Shown in pieces: positions 12,416 to 24,400 of a stretch of 64,000 bases of DNA. The notes beneath the pieces are model-generated. The model did not search any database, was not told where the DNA came from, and worked only from the letters and a program-made list of their open reading frames with translations. The position numbers and the translations under genes were made by a program. Origin of the DNA: Hormiphora californensis (lineage: Eukaryota; Animalia; Ctenophora); the NCBI GenBank assembly GCA_020137815.1, contig CM035358.1, positions 5,580,001 through 5,644,000 on the forward strand. Direction: 5' to 3'. Each line of letters begins with the position of its first letter. Position 1 is the stretch's first letter.

Positions 12416-15400
12416 ATGGGTATTGCAGTATTTCTGGTAGAACTGGCAGCGGTATTCCTCCTGGTTTGTCTGCTATTCCGTCGTCATGGTGACGTCACAA
12501 AACTCCACCCCGCAGTCACGTGCTCAGTCTTGGTCACGTGGTTCTTTTCTTTTGTCATTGTTTGCGTGGTGCCCATGGATGTCAGTAATGTAAGTACTCT
12601 GCACTCCAATTATTGGATGTTCTCAAATAGATAGATCAATTAATTTCATTCAAATGGCAGTTGGTCTCTTCATTTGAAATTTGAAATTTGATAAATTAGT
12701 ATTTATGAATTCTAAGAATTTGATAGATCTTCCTCCCATTAGACCCTGTACGATAAGTGTGTGACTGACAGTTGTGGAGAACTACCAGCTACAAACTGTA
12801 CTCTAGTTTGCAGTAAACCTATCAGCTACGTGCCAACCCAGTACCTAGAGATATTCTGGAATATTGTGTTTTGGTCTTCCCAGCTGTTGACTTGGTGAGA
12901 TAGATGGGAAACAATGGTTTTTAGTATAGCAAACCGTGCGGGGGATGGCTATACTAGATATCAATCAAGAATGTGATTATTGGGTGACACGTGTTTGGAA
13001 AGTATGTACTGTTGCCATGACAGCATGACATATTTATTGGATATATATCTTGCCCATGATTGCGCACTAACATTATATCTCTCTCACACCAGGGTTATCC
13101 TGCCCCTGCTATCTTCCTATGTGGCAGCGGGAGAGTTCACCATATCTGGCAAGATCAAAAGAGCATTGTTTGAGAATGCTGTGATATATGGCACTCTCGG
13201 TCTGTTGTTTGGTGTCCTATTGATCTATGTGGTAGCCAGCAAAAAACTCGGCATGTGAGTAATATTTATTGAACGAGATGTTACACACTTTTTAGCTGAA
13301 CCTTAAAGGATTTGCACTGAAACAAAATCAAAACATTAATTTTCATCACAGTCCGATGTTTTACATTCTGTCGTCTCAATGGCTTCCCCTGGACACTTTC
13401 CAAAATCAATCTTCCCCGCACACTCACACAACCGGTATCTCCTGGCGATGGTAGCCTCACTACCACACGCCCCCATATTAGGACACTCCTCTCCCGCCCA
13501 CTCGCTCCACTGCCACGACCGTTTAGGACAGTGAACCGCCATCTTCAAGGGTGCATCCCCACACTCCGTAGGATCAGTATGGACCCCACAAGTACACAGC
13601 CGTGTTGCGGTTGTATCGATTGATGGCATGCCACATTCCACGTGCGGGCATGGCTCAACAGCCCAGGGGGATAGCTCCCAGGAGGCGGTAGCGGGACATG
13701 TCACTGCCTTTAGGATGGGATCAGTACACCGACCTTGGAAACCTAAAGTGCACGTGCAGACTCCCCGCTGGTAGCTGGTGGTGTTGAAACACGTGGGAAG
13801 GGAGGGACATACTACCGGGTGGGGGTAGGTCATGTGGCAGGAGTAGCTGTGAAGTGTTACCACGTGGCGTGACGTCATTATGACGTCATGGGACGATGTC
13901 AGAGCGTAGGAGACAACGTATTCTGTTTCCTCGTCTGTGGTAGGGTATATCTCCCCGACATATGATGACGTCATATCAGTTGTTGTGGTTACCATGGTGC
14001 CTGTTTCCTTGGTAACGGGTGTCCAGGAAACTGAACCCTTCACAAACCACCCAGGTCCACGGATCTGCAACTCAAATGTAACTGCAACAGGACGTGCGGG
14101 AACACTATCAGGATGAATTTGAGCGAACACATCGGAAGGTGGTACTATCTCAACAACATCCAGAGTTGCAATTATCGACTTGTTTTTCCCTTTGTACGCG
14201 AAGGAGAAAGTGTACCGCTGTGTACCAGGTGTATCACTGGGCGGTACTTCAAGCTGGTACGATTTCTCTCCCGTGGTAGCTAGTGTGGTCGCTGAAACTG
14301 GTTTCTCTACCCCCTCGCTCACAACAACCCCATCCTTATCCGTTACCAGGAGGGTCGAATCAGGCCAGGTAGCTGCGTCTGATCCCAAAACATCAACCGT
14401 TACCCATCCTGGCTGGCCTGTCTGGGTGATATTGTTATGGACCTTTAGATCCCATAACTGAAGGGAGACCGTCCCTGTTTCGATACAACCACACCCCATG
14501 GAGAGCTGGAATTCTAACTCCATAACTCCGATCTGTTGAGCACTAGGAGGGATGGATAATACGGAAACAGGTGTAACTCCATCCATCAGATACTCCTTGG
14601 AGGAGTAGGTTGGGCTCCATGTTAAATTATCCAGGTCCCCTAACTCAGCCCCCTCAACTTCACACATTACCTCCACACTTTCGGTCGCAGAAACAGGTTC
14701 CGCAGTATCATGACACGTGACCCCCAGCACTCGAATGTTCCCCATGGTATCACTGGTAGAGACATTGTAGGAGCCTGGAACAAGGGTTTCTAATGGCGGC
14801 ACGAAGGTCGAGATGGAGTATGTGTTAGTTTGGATTACTGAGGTGGAGGGAAATTCTCCGATAGATCCGATAACCCAAGAGACAGAGTTGTTACCACCTA
14901 GTAGAATGGGTTGGACCTCCATTATTCTCCCAGGACAGGACCCACTACTGACAATATTAGGAATGTATGTTGGCCACATGTTAGATGGACAGTTGATTAT
15001 TCGGCCTGTCAGTTGGTTTATTGATTGTATAGCGTCATCAGCATCTTGGCAATCACTGATACAAACTTCATTTTCTGGGTCTTCTGAAGCTACCACCTCA
15101 CCAAATGCGTCCTCAGGATCTAGACATCCTCCTATACAGCTCTCTTCTTCATCACCCTCTTCTTCTTCATCTGCTGAGTCTTTTTCTTCTTCTGTTGGGT
15201 CTGTGCTTGTTGATTGTATGGCATCTTCTTCCTCCTCTTCGTCTGGTTCTCCTGTAGCAGATGTGTCCTCCTCGGCTGATAGTTCCCCCAACACATCCTC
15301 CCCATCAGCTAATAGTTCCCCCAACACATCCTCCCCATCAGCCATTAGTTTCCCCAAGACATCCCCCTCCTGATGGAACGTGCTGATGTGTGGTGGTAAC

Positions 15401-18400
15401 ATAACCAACTGCCCAACATCATCATCACAACAATCAATAAACCTGATCCTGTCCTTACAGTGTCCAGACCTGGCCAGTCTATACCACTCCCTGACCTTCT
15501 GGACACACCCCTCACACTCCCCCTCCACAACCTCACCATCACACAGGTACCCAGTGTCACACCCAAACTCCCCACAGTGCTCTTCATTACACCTTGGGTT
15601 GGAGAATACCCGTCTCCACTTTAACCTGCCACCCGTACTCCCCGGACATTGTCCAACGTTAAACCATTCCCCGCACCCACTGCACTCAAACGTATCACCA
15701 GGTTTTGGGCCGCCATCGTCACTATGGTAACCAAGACCTGCCATACCACACTGTCCCCAATCACACGACTCCTTTATCAAAACATCTTTACACAGTCCGT
15801 TGTCTTCAGTAAACATCCGTCTAACGGTGGTGCATTCTGTGTTGCAGTCTTCTATTAGAACGGATCCCGTGCAGGACCGGGATGTGTCACAGGCGGTAAG
15901 GGAACACTCCTTAGGACAGGAGATGGTGGCATCACGGTACAGTCTCCATCCGGGGGCACCTGCAGGGGTGGTTGAGTTAAAATGATAAGATGAGCAGGGA
16001 ATTGTGGTTCCCCTCCCTCCCTATGTTCAACAGCTGAGTAACAGCGTCTCCCCGCGAAGGGAACCTGTCATGAGCTGTGTGTCATGAGATTGAGTGTATT
16101 GTTCTGTGGGACACACTGTCGCAGTTGTTACCGCCTACCGGACGTAACGCGCGAACTGATCATTAGTATGTGACACTTTTGTGCACGCACTTGAAATGCA
16201 CCTTTCAAGTGCGCGCACGTGCTTCTTGTGAAGATCGAATGAGTTTTAAGTTGACAAGCACTTTGTCAGATTCCCAATATCAAACTACCTTAACGTTGTA
16301 CTACCTGATCCGTCTATTTTGTTAACCACCCGTTATCTACCGTGTTTCCATTCGTCCACCTTCCCAACATCATATTGACAGTGGTAGCAGTGAAGCTGAC
16401 GACATTATGCCATCCGACATTCATGCCCCGGTCTTTGATAACCAAACGAACTTTGAGACTTATCGCCGTGAGGTCGACATCTGGCTGTTAGGTACTGGCT
16501 GCCCCAAGGAGAAACAGGCGGCCCGGTTAGCTCTCCAAATGAGGGGACGTGCAAAGGAGGTTGCGCTAGGCGTACCCACCGAGCAGCTCAAGTCTGAGAA
16601 CGGTGTTAAAATCCTCCTCGATGCCATCGAGAAAGTGTTCGGCAGAGACAAAACTGTTTCACTCTTTTCCGCCATTGAAGCTTTTGAGAACTTTATCAGA
16701 CCAGCTAATCAGAACATGTCAGATTTTATATCAGAGTTTTCCACCCGACTTGGGGAGCTCCGACAGCAGGCTGGAGTCGATGACCATCACAAACTCTATG
16801 GATCACAAGTGTTAGCCTACAGACTTTTGGAACAATCTAACATCTCCGATGAACAGAAACGACTCCTCAGAGCTACCTGTGTTGAAATCAGTCTGGAATG
16901 CATGATCACACAGATGAAGAGGGCGTATGGGGAGACCCTACCCTCAGCTGCTGAAACCGATCAAACCTCTGAAACATTGACTCTAGTTGTCTGTTACAAT
17001 TGTAAGAAGACTGGTCACATTGCCTCTGAGTGTTACAATCGGCGTGGTGCCGTACGGGGAAAACGTGGTGGAGGACGTGGTCAGCGTGGATCTGGGGGTC
17101 GACGAGGTCAGAGTGGCGATGCCACAGGAGTGTACAAGATGAGCGTTGAAACGGACTATGTCTTGTCATTATCTGAGCAAGTGGGACTTCGTGCGTTGCT
17201 GGATACTGGCGCCGCTAAGAGTGTGTGTGGCAGTGATTGGTTGAAGAATTTTGAGAAAGAGTCGTGTATTCGAGTGAGAAGAGAATCATGTGAACAGAGA
17301 AGATTTACATTTGGTGATTTATCAGGAGTTAACTCTACTATGATTGCTTATATCCCAACTGATATTTTCGGTGTGAAGTTTACTGAGTTTGCGGTATATG
17401 TTCTTGATATTAACATTCCCCTTCTCCTATCCAGGCACTTATTGAGTCAGATGGGTGCAGTGATTGACTTTGAGAGGGATCAACTCCGTGTCTCGGGTAA
17501 GACAACTACATTACATCTTACTGACACTGGACATGTGACAATTGACCTTAATAAGAAGCTTTCACCCACTACTTTGTTAACAAATTCTTGTTCAGGGATC
17601 TCTCCTCCAGCAATTGCCAAGAAACTCCACAAATACTTTGCTCATGGTTCAGTCTCCAAGATCCAGGATATTGTTAAATCCTCGGATCACCCTCGAAAGT
17701 CTGAGATTTGTCAAGAACTCACCAGGGTCACACAAGAATGTGAAAACTGTCTCGAACACAGTGCATCCAAACCACGGAGGAAAGTAGCTTTACCTCTCAG
17801 CAAAACATTCAACGAATGTCTCGCTATGGATCTCAAGATGCTGAAGTTCAAGTCTGGAGAATCATGCTGGGTACTTCACATCATTGACACACTGACGAGA
17901 TACAGTGTAATGGTCCCCGTGAAATCAAAAACTGGAACTGAGATCACCCAGAAGTTCTTCACCAGCTGGATTAGCATTTTTGGACGTCCACAGAGAATTC
18001 TCAGCGACAACGGTGGCGAGTTCATCAATGATACCCTACTTGAGATGGCGAGCAGACTTGGAATCGAATTAAAGTCTACTCCAGCAGAAAGTCCTTGGTG
18101 CAATGGGATCTGTGAGAGACATAACAGTATTCTTGGAAAGATGGTTGAGAAGACCAAAGATGACACGAAGTGCAGTATAACTGTAGCTTGTGCTTGGGCT
18201 TCGAATGCGAAGAACCAGTTGACTAACCAGATGGGATTCTCACCACACCAACTCGTGTTTGGGAGCAATCCTACCTTCCCCAGTGTACTGAACGATGATT
18301 GTTTACCTGCCCATGGAGACCAGAAGAGTGAGGACCAAGTGATTTCAGACAATATCAAAGCCATGAAGACCGCCAGGGAGAAATTCATCCAACTCGAGAA

Positions 18401-21400
18401 TGCAAGCAGATTAAAGAGAGCTCTAGCAAGTTCAGGACCAACACAGGATCAGACCACCTACGTCCAGGGAGATAAGGTGTATTATAAACGTGAGCAACAC
18501 AAGACCTGGTTGGGACCTGCAACTGTAGTTGGAATGACTGAGAACCAAGTACTGATTAAACACGGCGGACAACTACTAAGAGCACACCCATGCAAAGTGA
18601 GACTGGTACAACAAAGACAAGAACCCCCAGAGGACCAACAACGGAAAGAGGAGTACAAACGAAACGAGGAATCAAGTTCCAAGAGACACGTCCCCGAGAT
18701 GCAGACTGCACCGGAAGTGACGACTGATGAAGATGTCCCGGAACCGATAGAGAAATCTAAAGTGCAGCCACCGAAGGCTAGCAGAGTCAGACGTCCAAAG
18801 AAGACAGTCCGTGAACCGACCAGAAAATACAATCTCCGGCACAACAGACGACAAACCCCCCCACCAGAGCATCCTGCAGATGAATTACTCATCCCTAGTG
18901 AAACAGATCCCGAAGAGGACACTCCACAAGATGGACACAGTGAGAGTAACATTGAAGAAGTTCCCAGAGAACCTACTTATGCAGAGATAGCCGTCCCAAC
19001 CGAGGACCAGCAGGAGGATGAGGCCACAACAAGTGGACCTGTTGTTGTGAGAGTTCCTGAAAGTGAAACCAGCCCGGATACTGAGGATACACCTGGTCAG
19101 AGAGACATAGAGCCAGATCCCACAGAGGACAGCGCCAGACCCAATGAGGAAAAGACTGACTCCAATGAGGACACGTCAACGCCAAAAGATGATGTTGCAG
19201 AGCCCACAGAGGACGCAGCAAAGACCCCAGATCAAAACACAGAGGATTCAGATCCCGATTCTGATGCTGAGGAGATCATTCTTCTTGCCGCATCTAAACT
19301 GGGCAAGGAAGAAGTGCAGACAGCACGAAATAGGGAGATTGACAAACTCCGTGAATTCAATGTTTTCGAGGAAGTACCCGATACAGGACAACAACCAGTC
19401 ACCACCAGATGGGTGATGACACGGAAAGATGATGGCACAGTGAAAGCCAGGCTGGTGGCCCGAGGATTTGAGGAAAAACTCGAGGACCCGACTAACTCAC
19501 CGACTGTTACTAAACACGCAGTGAGGATCTTGCTAAGTTTGGCAACTACCAGTAACTGGACCTTGAAAAGTGTTGATGTAACCAGTGCCTACCTACAGTC
19601 TGATAAGATGACAAGAGATGTGTTCATCAAACCCCCAGCTTACCTCAAGAGGAAGGATGTACTGTGGAAACTAAATAAACCACTGTACGGTCTTGGTGAC
19701 GCGGGAAGAAGATGGTACATGTCACTCACCGCAACTTTGAAAAATACTCTCCAGATGTCAAGAATTGACAAGAATGTATTTTTCACCACTGGAGATGACG
19801 GGAAACTACAAGGATTACTAGTAATTCATGTGGATGATATTCTTATTACTGGTGATCACAACTTCTACAAGAAAGTTAAACCCGCTCTTGACAACTACAA
19901 GATAGGAAGAGTTGAAACAACTGAATTCGACTACCTGGGATGGCAGTTGAAACAGCAAGGAATTGATATTTGTGTATCCCAGGAACAGTATTGTAAGTTT
20001 GTCAGAGAGGATATCCTGGACAAGATGAAAGCTGTTAAACCGGTACCACAGAATCAAGAAGAGGTTGATGAGAATCTTCAATCCTATATGAGAACGGTGA
20101 TTGGAAAATTAAACTGGCTGGCTACCCAAAGCATGCCACAGATCAGTTTCAGTCTCCTTGACATAACAACGAAATCACCCTGGACCGGCAAAGAGTTCAA
20201 AGAACTGAAGAAGATTGTGACCAACCTTTCTCCTTCAACGATAACCTTTTCCCCTTTTAACCCTACCTCAGCTGAGATAATTGTTTACACTGATGCCAGT
20301 CTCGGCAACCTTGCTGACAGAAAGAGCGGAGCAGGAGTTGTAGTTTTCTGGGGAGACAGCTCTGATTTCAATTTGATCGCCTACTCGTGTGGCAAGGTAA
20401 AACGTGTAGTGAAGAGCGTCTTTGCCGCAGAATTGTATGCTGTATCTGAAGGATTGGGATATGGAGTTATGATCAAAGCCCTCCTCCAGGAACTATCTTT
20501 TGACCCTCCCATCAGACTTTTCACAGACTCCGCACAAGTTGTGAGTTTGGCAAACTCCGTCTCAGCCGTACCAACTGATAAGGGAAGCATCTTGGAGCTA
20601 CGTGAAGTTCAAGAGAAGGTCGAAAAGGGAGAAGCATCCATCAACTGGGTGGAGTCGAAGTCTAACCCCGCTGATGTACTCACAAAGCGAGGAGTGAGTC
20701 CCAGAGTGATCGAGAGGATGATCTAGTGTGTTTTTCAACCTACTTGTATTTTTTAAACTTTATTTCTCCAGTTTAAATATTTTATCGGACAACTGACTTT
20801 GTTTTTCTATTTTATTCCAGACAAAGACAACATGTACCTTTTCGTATCTCAGTATTTCCACATTGTTAGTTTTTCCCAGTTAACTCTCACTTGTATTGTT
20901 ACGACATTGACAAATGACAGTTTTAGCCTTGACACGGTTTGGAACCCTCTCGGCGTTCATTGCCTCATCGGTCTCGAGTTCGGTAAGTCCTTTTGAGAAA
21001 GAAATAGAGGGGAGTGTCATGAGCTGTGTGTCATGAGATTGAGTGTATTGTTCTGTGGGACACACTGTCGCAGTTGTTACCGCCTACCGGACGTAACGCG
21101 CGAACTGATCATTAGTATGTGACACTTTTGTGCACGCACTTGAAATGCACCTTTCAAGTGCGCGCACGTGCTTCTTGTGAAGATCGAATGAGTTTTAAGT
21201 TGACAAGCACTTTGTCAGATTCCCAATATCAAACTACCTTAAGGGTACGCTAACCAAAAATTTTTTTCGAGTGCAGGGAAATCTCTCACCGTAGGGTTGT
21301 AGGCCATGCCAAGGAGACCTCAAATATGCAATTTGAGCTCTCAAGTCGAATTCATATTTTTGCTACAGCTGCTTGAAAAATGAACTGTAAATACGTTTTT

Positions 21401-24400
21401 GGCATCTCAAAAAAATTTTTTTAAAGATAGGAGCATGAAAATTTGGGGATTTGAAGAGGACATGAAAGTGAATAACCACAAAATTTTTTTTTGCAATCCG
21501 AGCTGATTTCCGGTCCTGAGATAGATTTCTTTTTTTCCACTTTAACGCCCTATTTGGCAAAGTTCCGAAAACATGTGAAAGCTGTAAATTGGTGAAAAGT
21601 TGCGTCTAACGATTATCTAAGTGGCCATAAATTTTGGGCGTGTCCTTATTTGAGATAAGCTGTACAGAGTTTCTTTTGTGAAAGCCGTCATTTCAGAAAT
21701 AAATAAATTCCCTGTATCTCAAAAACGGCTGATCGTAGAGACCTGAGACTATGCTTAAACGATTCAGAAGGTCCGATTTTGGGGGGGTCTTCTGAGAGAC
21801 ATTTTGCTCCTACTTCAACCGTTTTTGCTGTAATTGCGAAAAACAAAAACCCATCTTCGCCATCGTGGATTTTTTGTGATTTTGTTTTTGGTGATTATAG
21901 GGACCCATATGGACCAAATAGTGAAGGAATTAGCTTGTTACACATTTTTCCATAGTTTCGGTCCTTTCTTAGCTAAAATTCCCTAATTACAGGATATTGG
22001 AGTTTAGCTTTTGCCCTTTTCATAGAATTTGTTTTTCGCAATTACAGCAAAAACGGTTGAAGTAGGAGCAAAATGTCTCTCAGAAGACCCCCCCAAAATC
22101 GGACCTTCTGAATCGTTTAAGCATAGTCTCAGGTCTCTACGATCAGCCGTTTTTGAGATACAGGGAATTTATTTATTTCTGAAATGACGGCTTTCACAAA
22201 AGAAACTCTGTACAGCTTATCTCAAATAAGGACACGCCCAAAATTTATGGCCACTTAGATAATCGTTAGACGCAACTTTTCACCAATTTACAGCTTTCAC
22301 ATGTTTTCGGAACTTTGCCAAATAGGGCGTTAAAGTGGAAAAAAAGAAATCCATCTCAGGACCGGAAATCAGCTCGGATTGCAAAAAAAAATTTTGTGGT
22401 TATTCACCTTCATGTCCTCTTCAAATCCCTAAATTTTCATGCTCCTATCTTTAAAAAAATTTTTTTGAGATGCCAAAAACGTATTTACAGTTCATTTTTC
22501 AAGCAGCTGTAGCAAAAATATGAATTCGACTTGAGAGCTCAAATTGCATATTTGAGGTCTCCTTGGCATGGCCTACAACCCTACGGTGAGAGATTTCCCT
22601 GCACTCGAAAAAAATTTTTGGTTAGCGTACCCTTAACGTTGTACTACCTGATCCGTCTATTTTGTTAACCACCCGTTATCTACCGTGTTTCCATTCGTCC
22701 ACCTTCCCAACATCATATTGACAGAACCACCCTACCACTTTGAAACGAAGAGTATGATCTGCAGTTAATGAGCAAAATTTAGGCTTTTTTACTCGCTCAC
22801 AAACAGAGTGTTATTTACCATTGGCAGTACACAGAGGTGCTCCTTTGACCCTGGTATAGCCATCACAAGCCGTACAATCAATTACTTCAAGGGAGGAGGC
22901 CCTCTCCCCTGGTAGGGCAAGGAGAAGAACAACTATGAGTAGCATACCAGTGCAGAACTGAGTGATCACTGATCATACGAGAGATGATGATTATGTTTTG
23001 ACTATTCGGCGTTGTTTAAACTTTTATTAGGCCATATATTACCCGGTCAAAAAATGCTGACTCATAGTGGATCGAATTCTTACTAGCTAAACAATTGTAA
23101 CCTCTTCACCAGTTAAGTCATACCCGGTATCGAAACTTACTTTGCCGAACCCTCACAGAGCATGCCAGGTGTGATCTGCTGTCACTAACCCAGTGCCATC
23201 CTCCTTCAACCCCTCCTTCAACCCCTCCTTCAACCCCCGTACCTTGTCTACCAGTGCCATTACTTTTCAGGGAGGCTATCAAGGTGTTATGTATCACGGC
23301 TAGTAACACATGGGGTCTGTTAGTTCTCATCTTTCTCATGGGATATGGATTTGTACAGGTTAGTGTGTTACTGAATCAGTTACCATGGTTACTGAACCAG
23401 TAACAGTTACCATGGCCACCAGGTTACCATGGTGACTGAACCAGTTACCATGCAATGGTTACTCACTGGTTACCATCAAGTGTTACTGAATCAGTAACCG
23501 TTACCATGGTTACTGAATGGTTACCACTTATAAGTGTATGGTTACTAAGGTTACTAAATGGTATCCGCTGATTACAATTATTTTCAGGTTCCCAGGGCGT
23601 TTTGGGAGGTAAGCTCGTACAGTGAACAGTTGTCTAAAAAACGGTTTGACGTTAGTAAGATCAAGATTGAGTTAGAAGAGGCATCGGAAAAGCTCAACCA
23701 TATAGTAGAGGTAAATATAATACCAACTAGTTTACGATGTCTTTTTATGTGTCTTCTTAGCCTCATTGTAAGTCCCTCGCCCCTCATTGAGGCCCCTCAA
23801 TACCTGCAAGGAATGACAGCTGTTGTGGTAGTATGAGTGAGTCACTGCAGCCCTCAATATACAGTCGGACCCCGATTTAGTGGCATCCTCGGGGGGAAAA
23901 ATCCTGCCACTAAATCGGGGTGCCACTAAATCGGGTTCAAATAATGTTAATTTCCTATATCGGGGGAAAAATCCTGCCACTAAATCAGGGTGCCACTAAA
24001 TCGGGGTCCGACTGTAATATTATATGTCTGAATATATTATCTCTGTCAATCAATACAATGAGTCAGGCTCTATTCCAAATCTGCAGTTTGTATGTTCGTC
24101 AGTATGTACACGTTAGGATATATGCAATTATTACTGTCTTGACCACATACACGCAAATACATGCATTAGGGAAATGCATAGTAGACTTCTGTAACTGGAG
24201 TGAATGAATGAAGGGTGAATGGATTTTTATCAAGGAAATTATCCCTATTCCACCTGCCCTTATTTCGGTACAGTCAGACTTCGATTTACCGGGATGCTCA
24301 GGGGAAAGGGTTTTGCACGGTACAGTCGGACTTCGATTTACCGGGATGCTCAGGGGAAAGGGTGTTGCACGGTATATCAGGGTCCTACTGTATTGTAAAC

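Larger units (their letters stand above)
16066..22723 (+). mobile_element. Full-length Ty1/Copia LTR retrotransposon, GalEa-like
   Basis: 315-bp LTRs (TGTCA...TGACA) at 16066-16380 and 21015-21242+22637-22723. 5-bp TSD GAACC at 16061-16065 and 22724-22728. PBS TGGTAGCAG (tRNA-Met type) at 16382; polypurine tract ending at 21014. Confidence 0.97.

Noticed and set aside
21363-22512. Two mirrored 65-aa ORFs (MPNRALKWKK...)
   Set aside because: By-product of the foldback TIRs; no transposase motifs.
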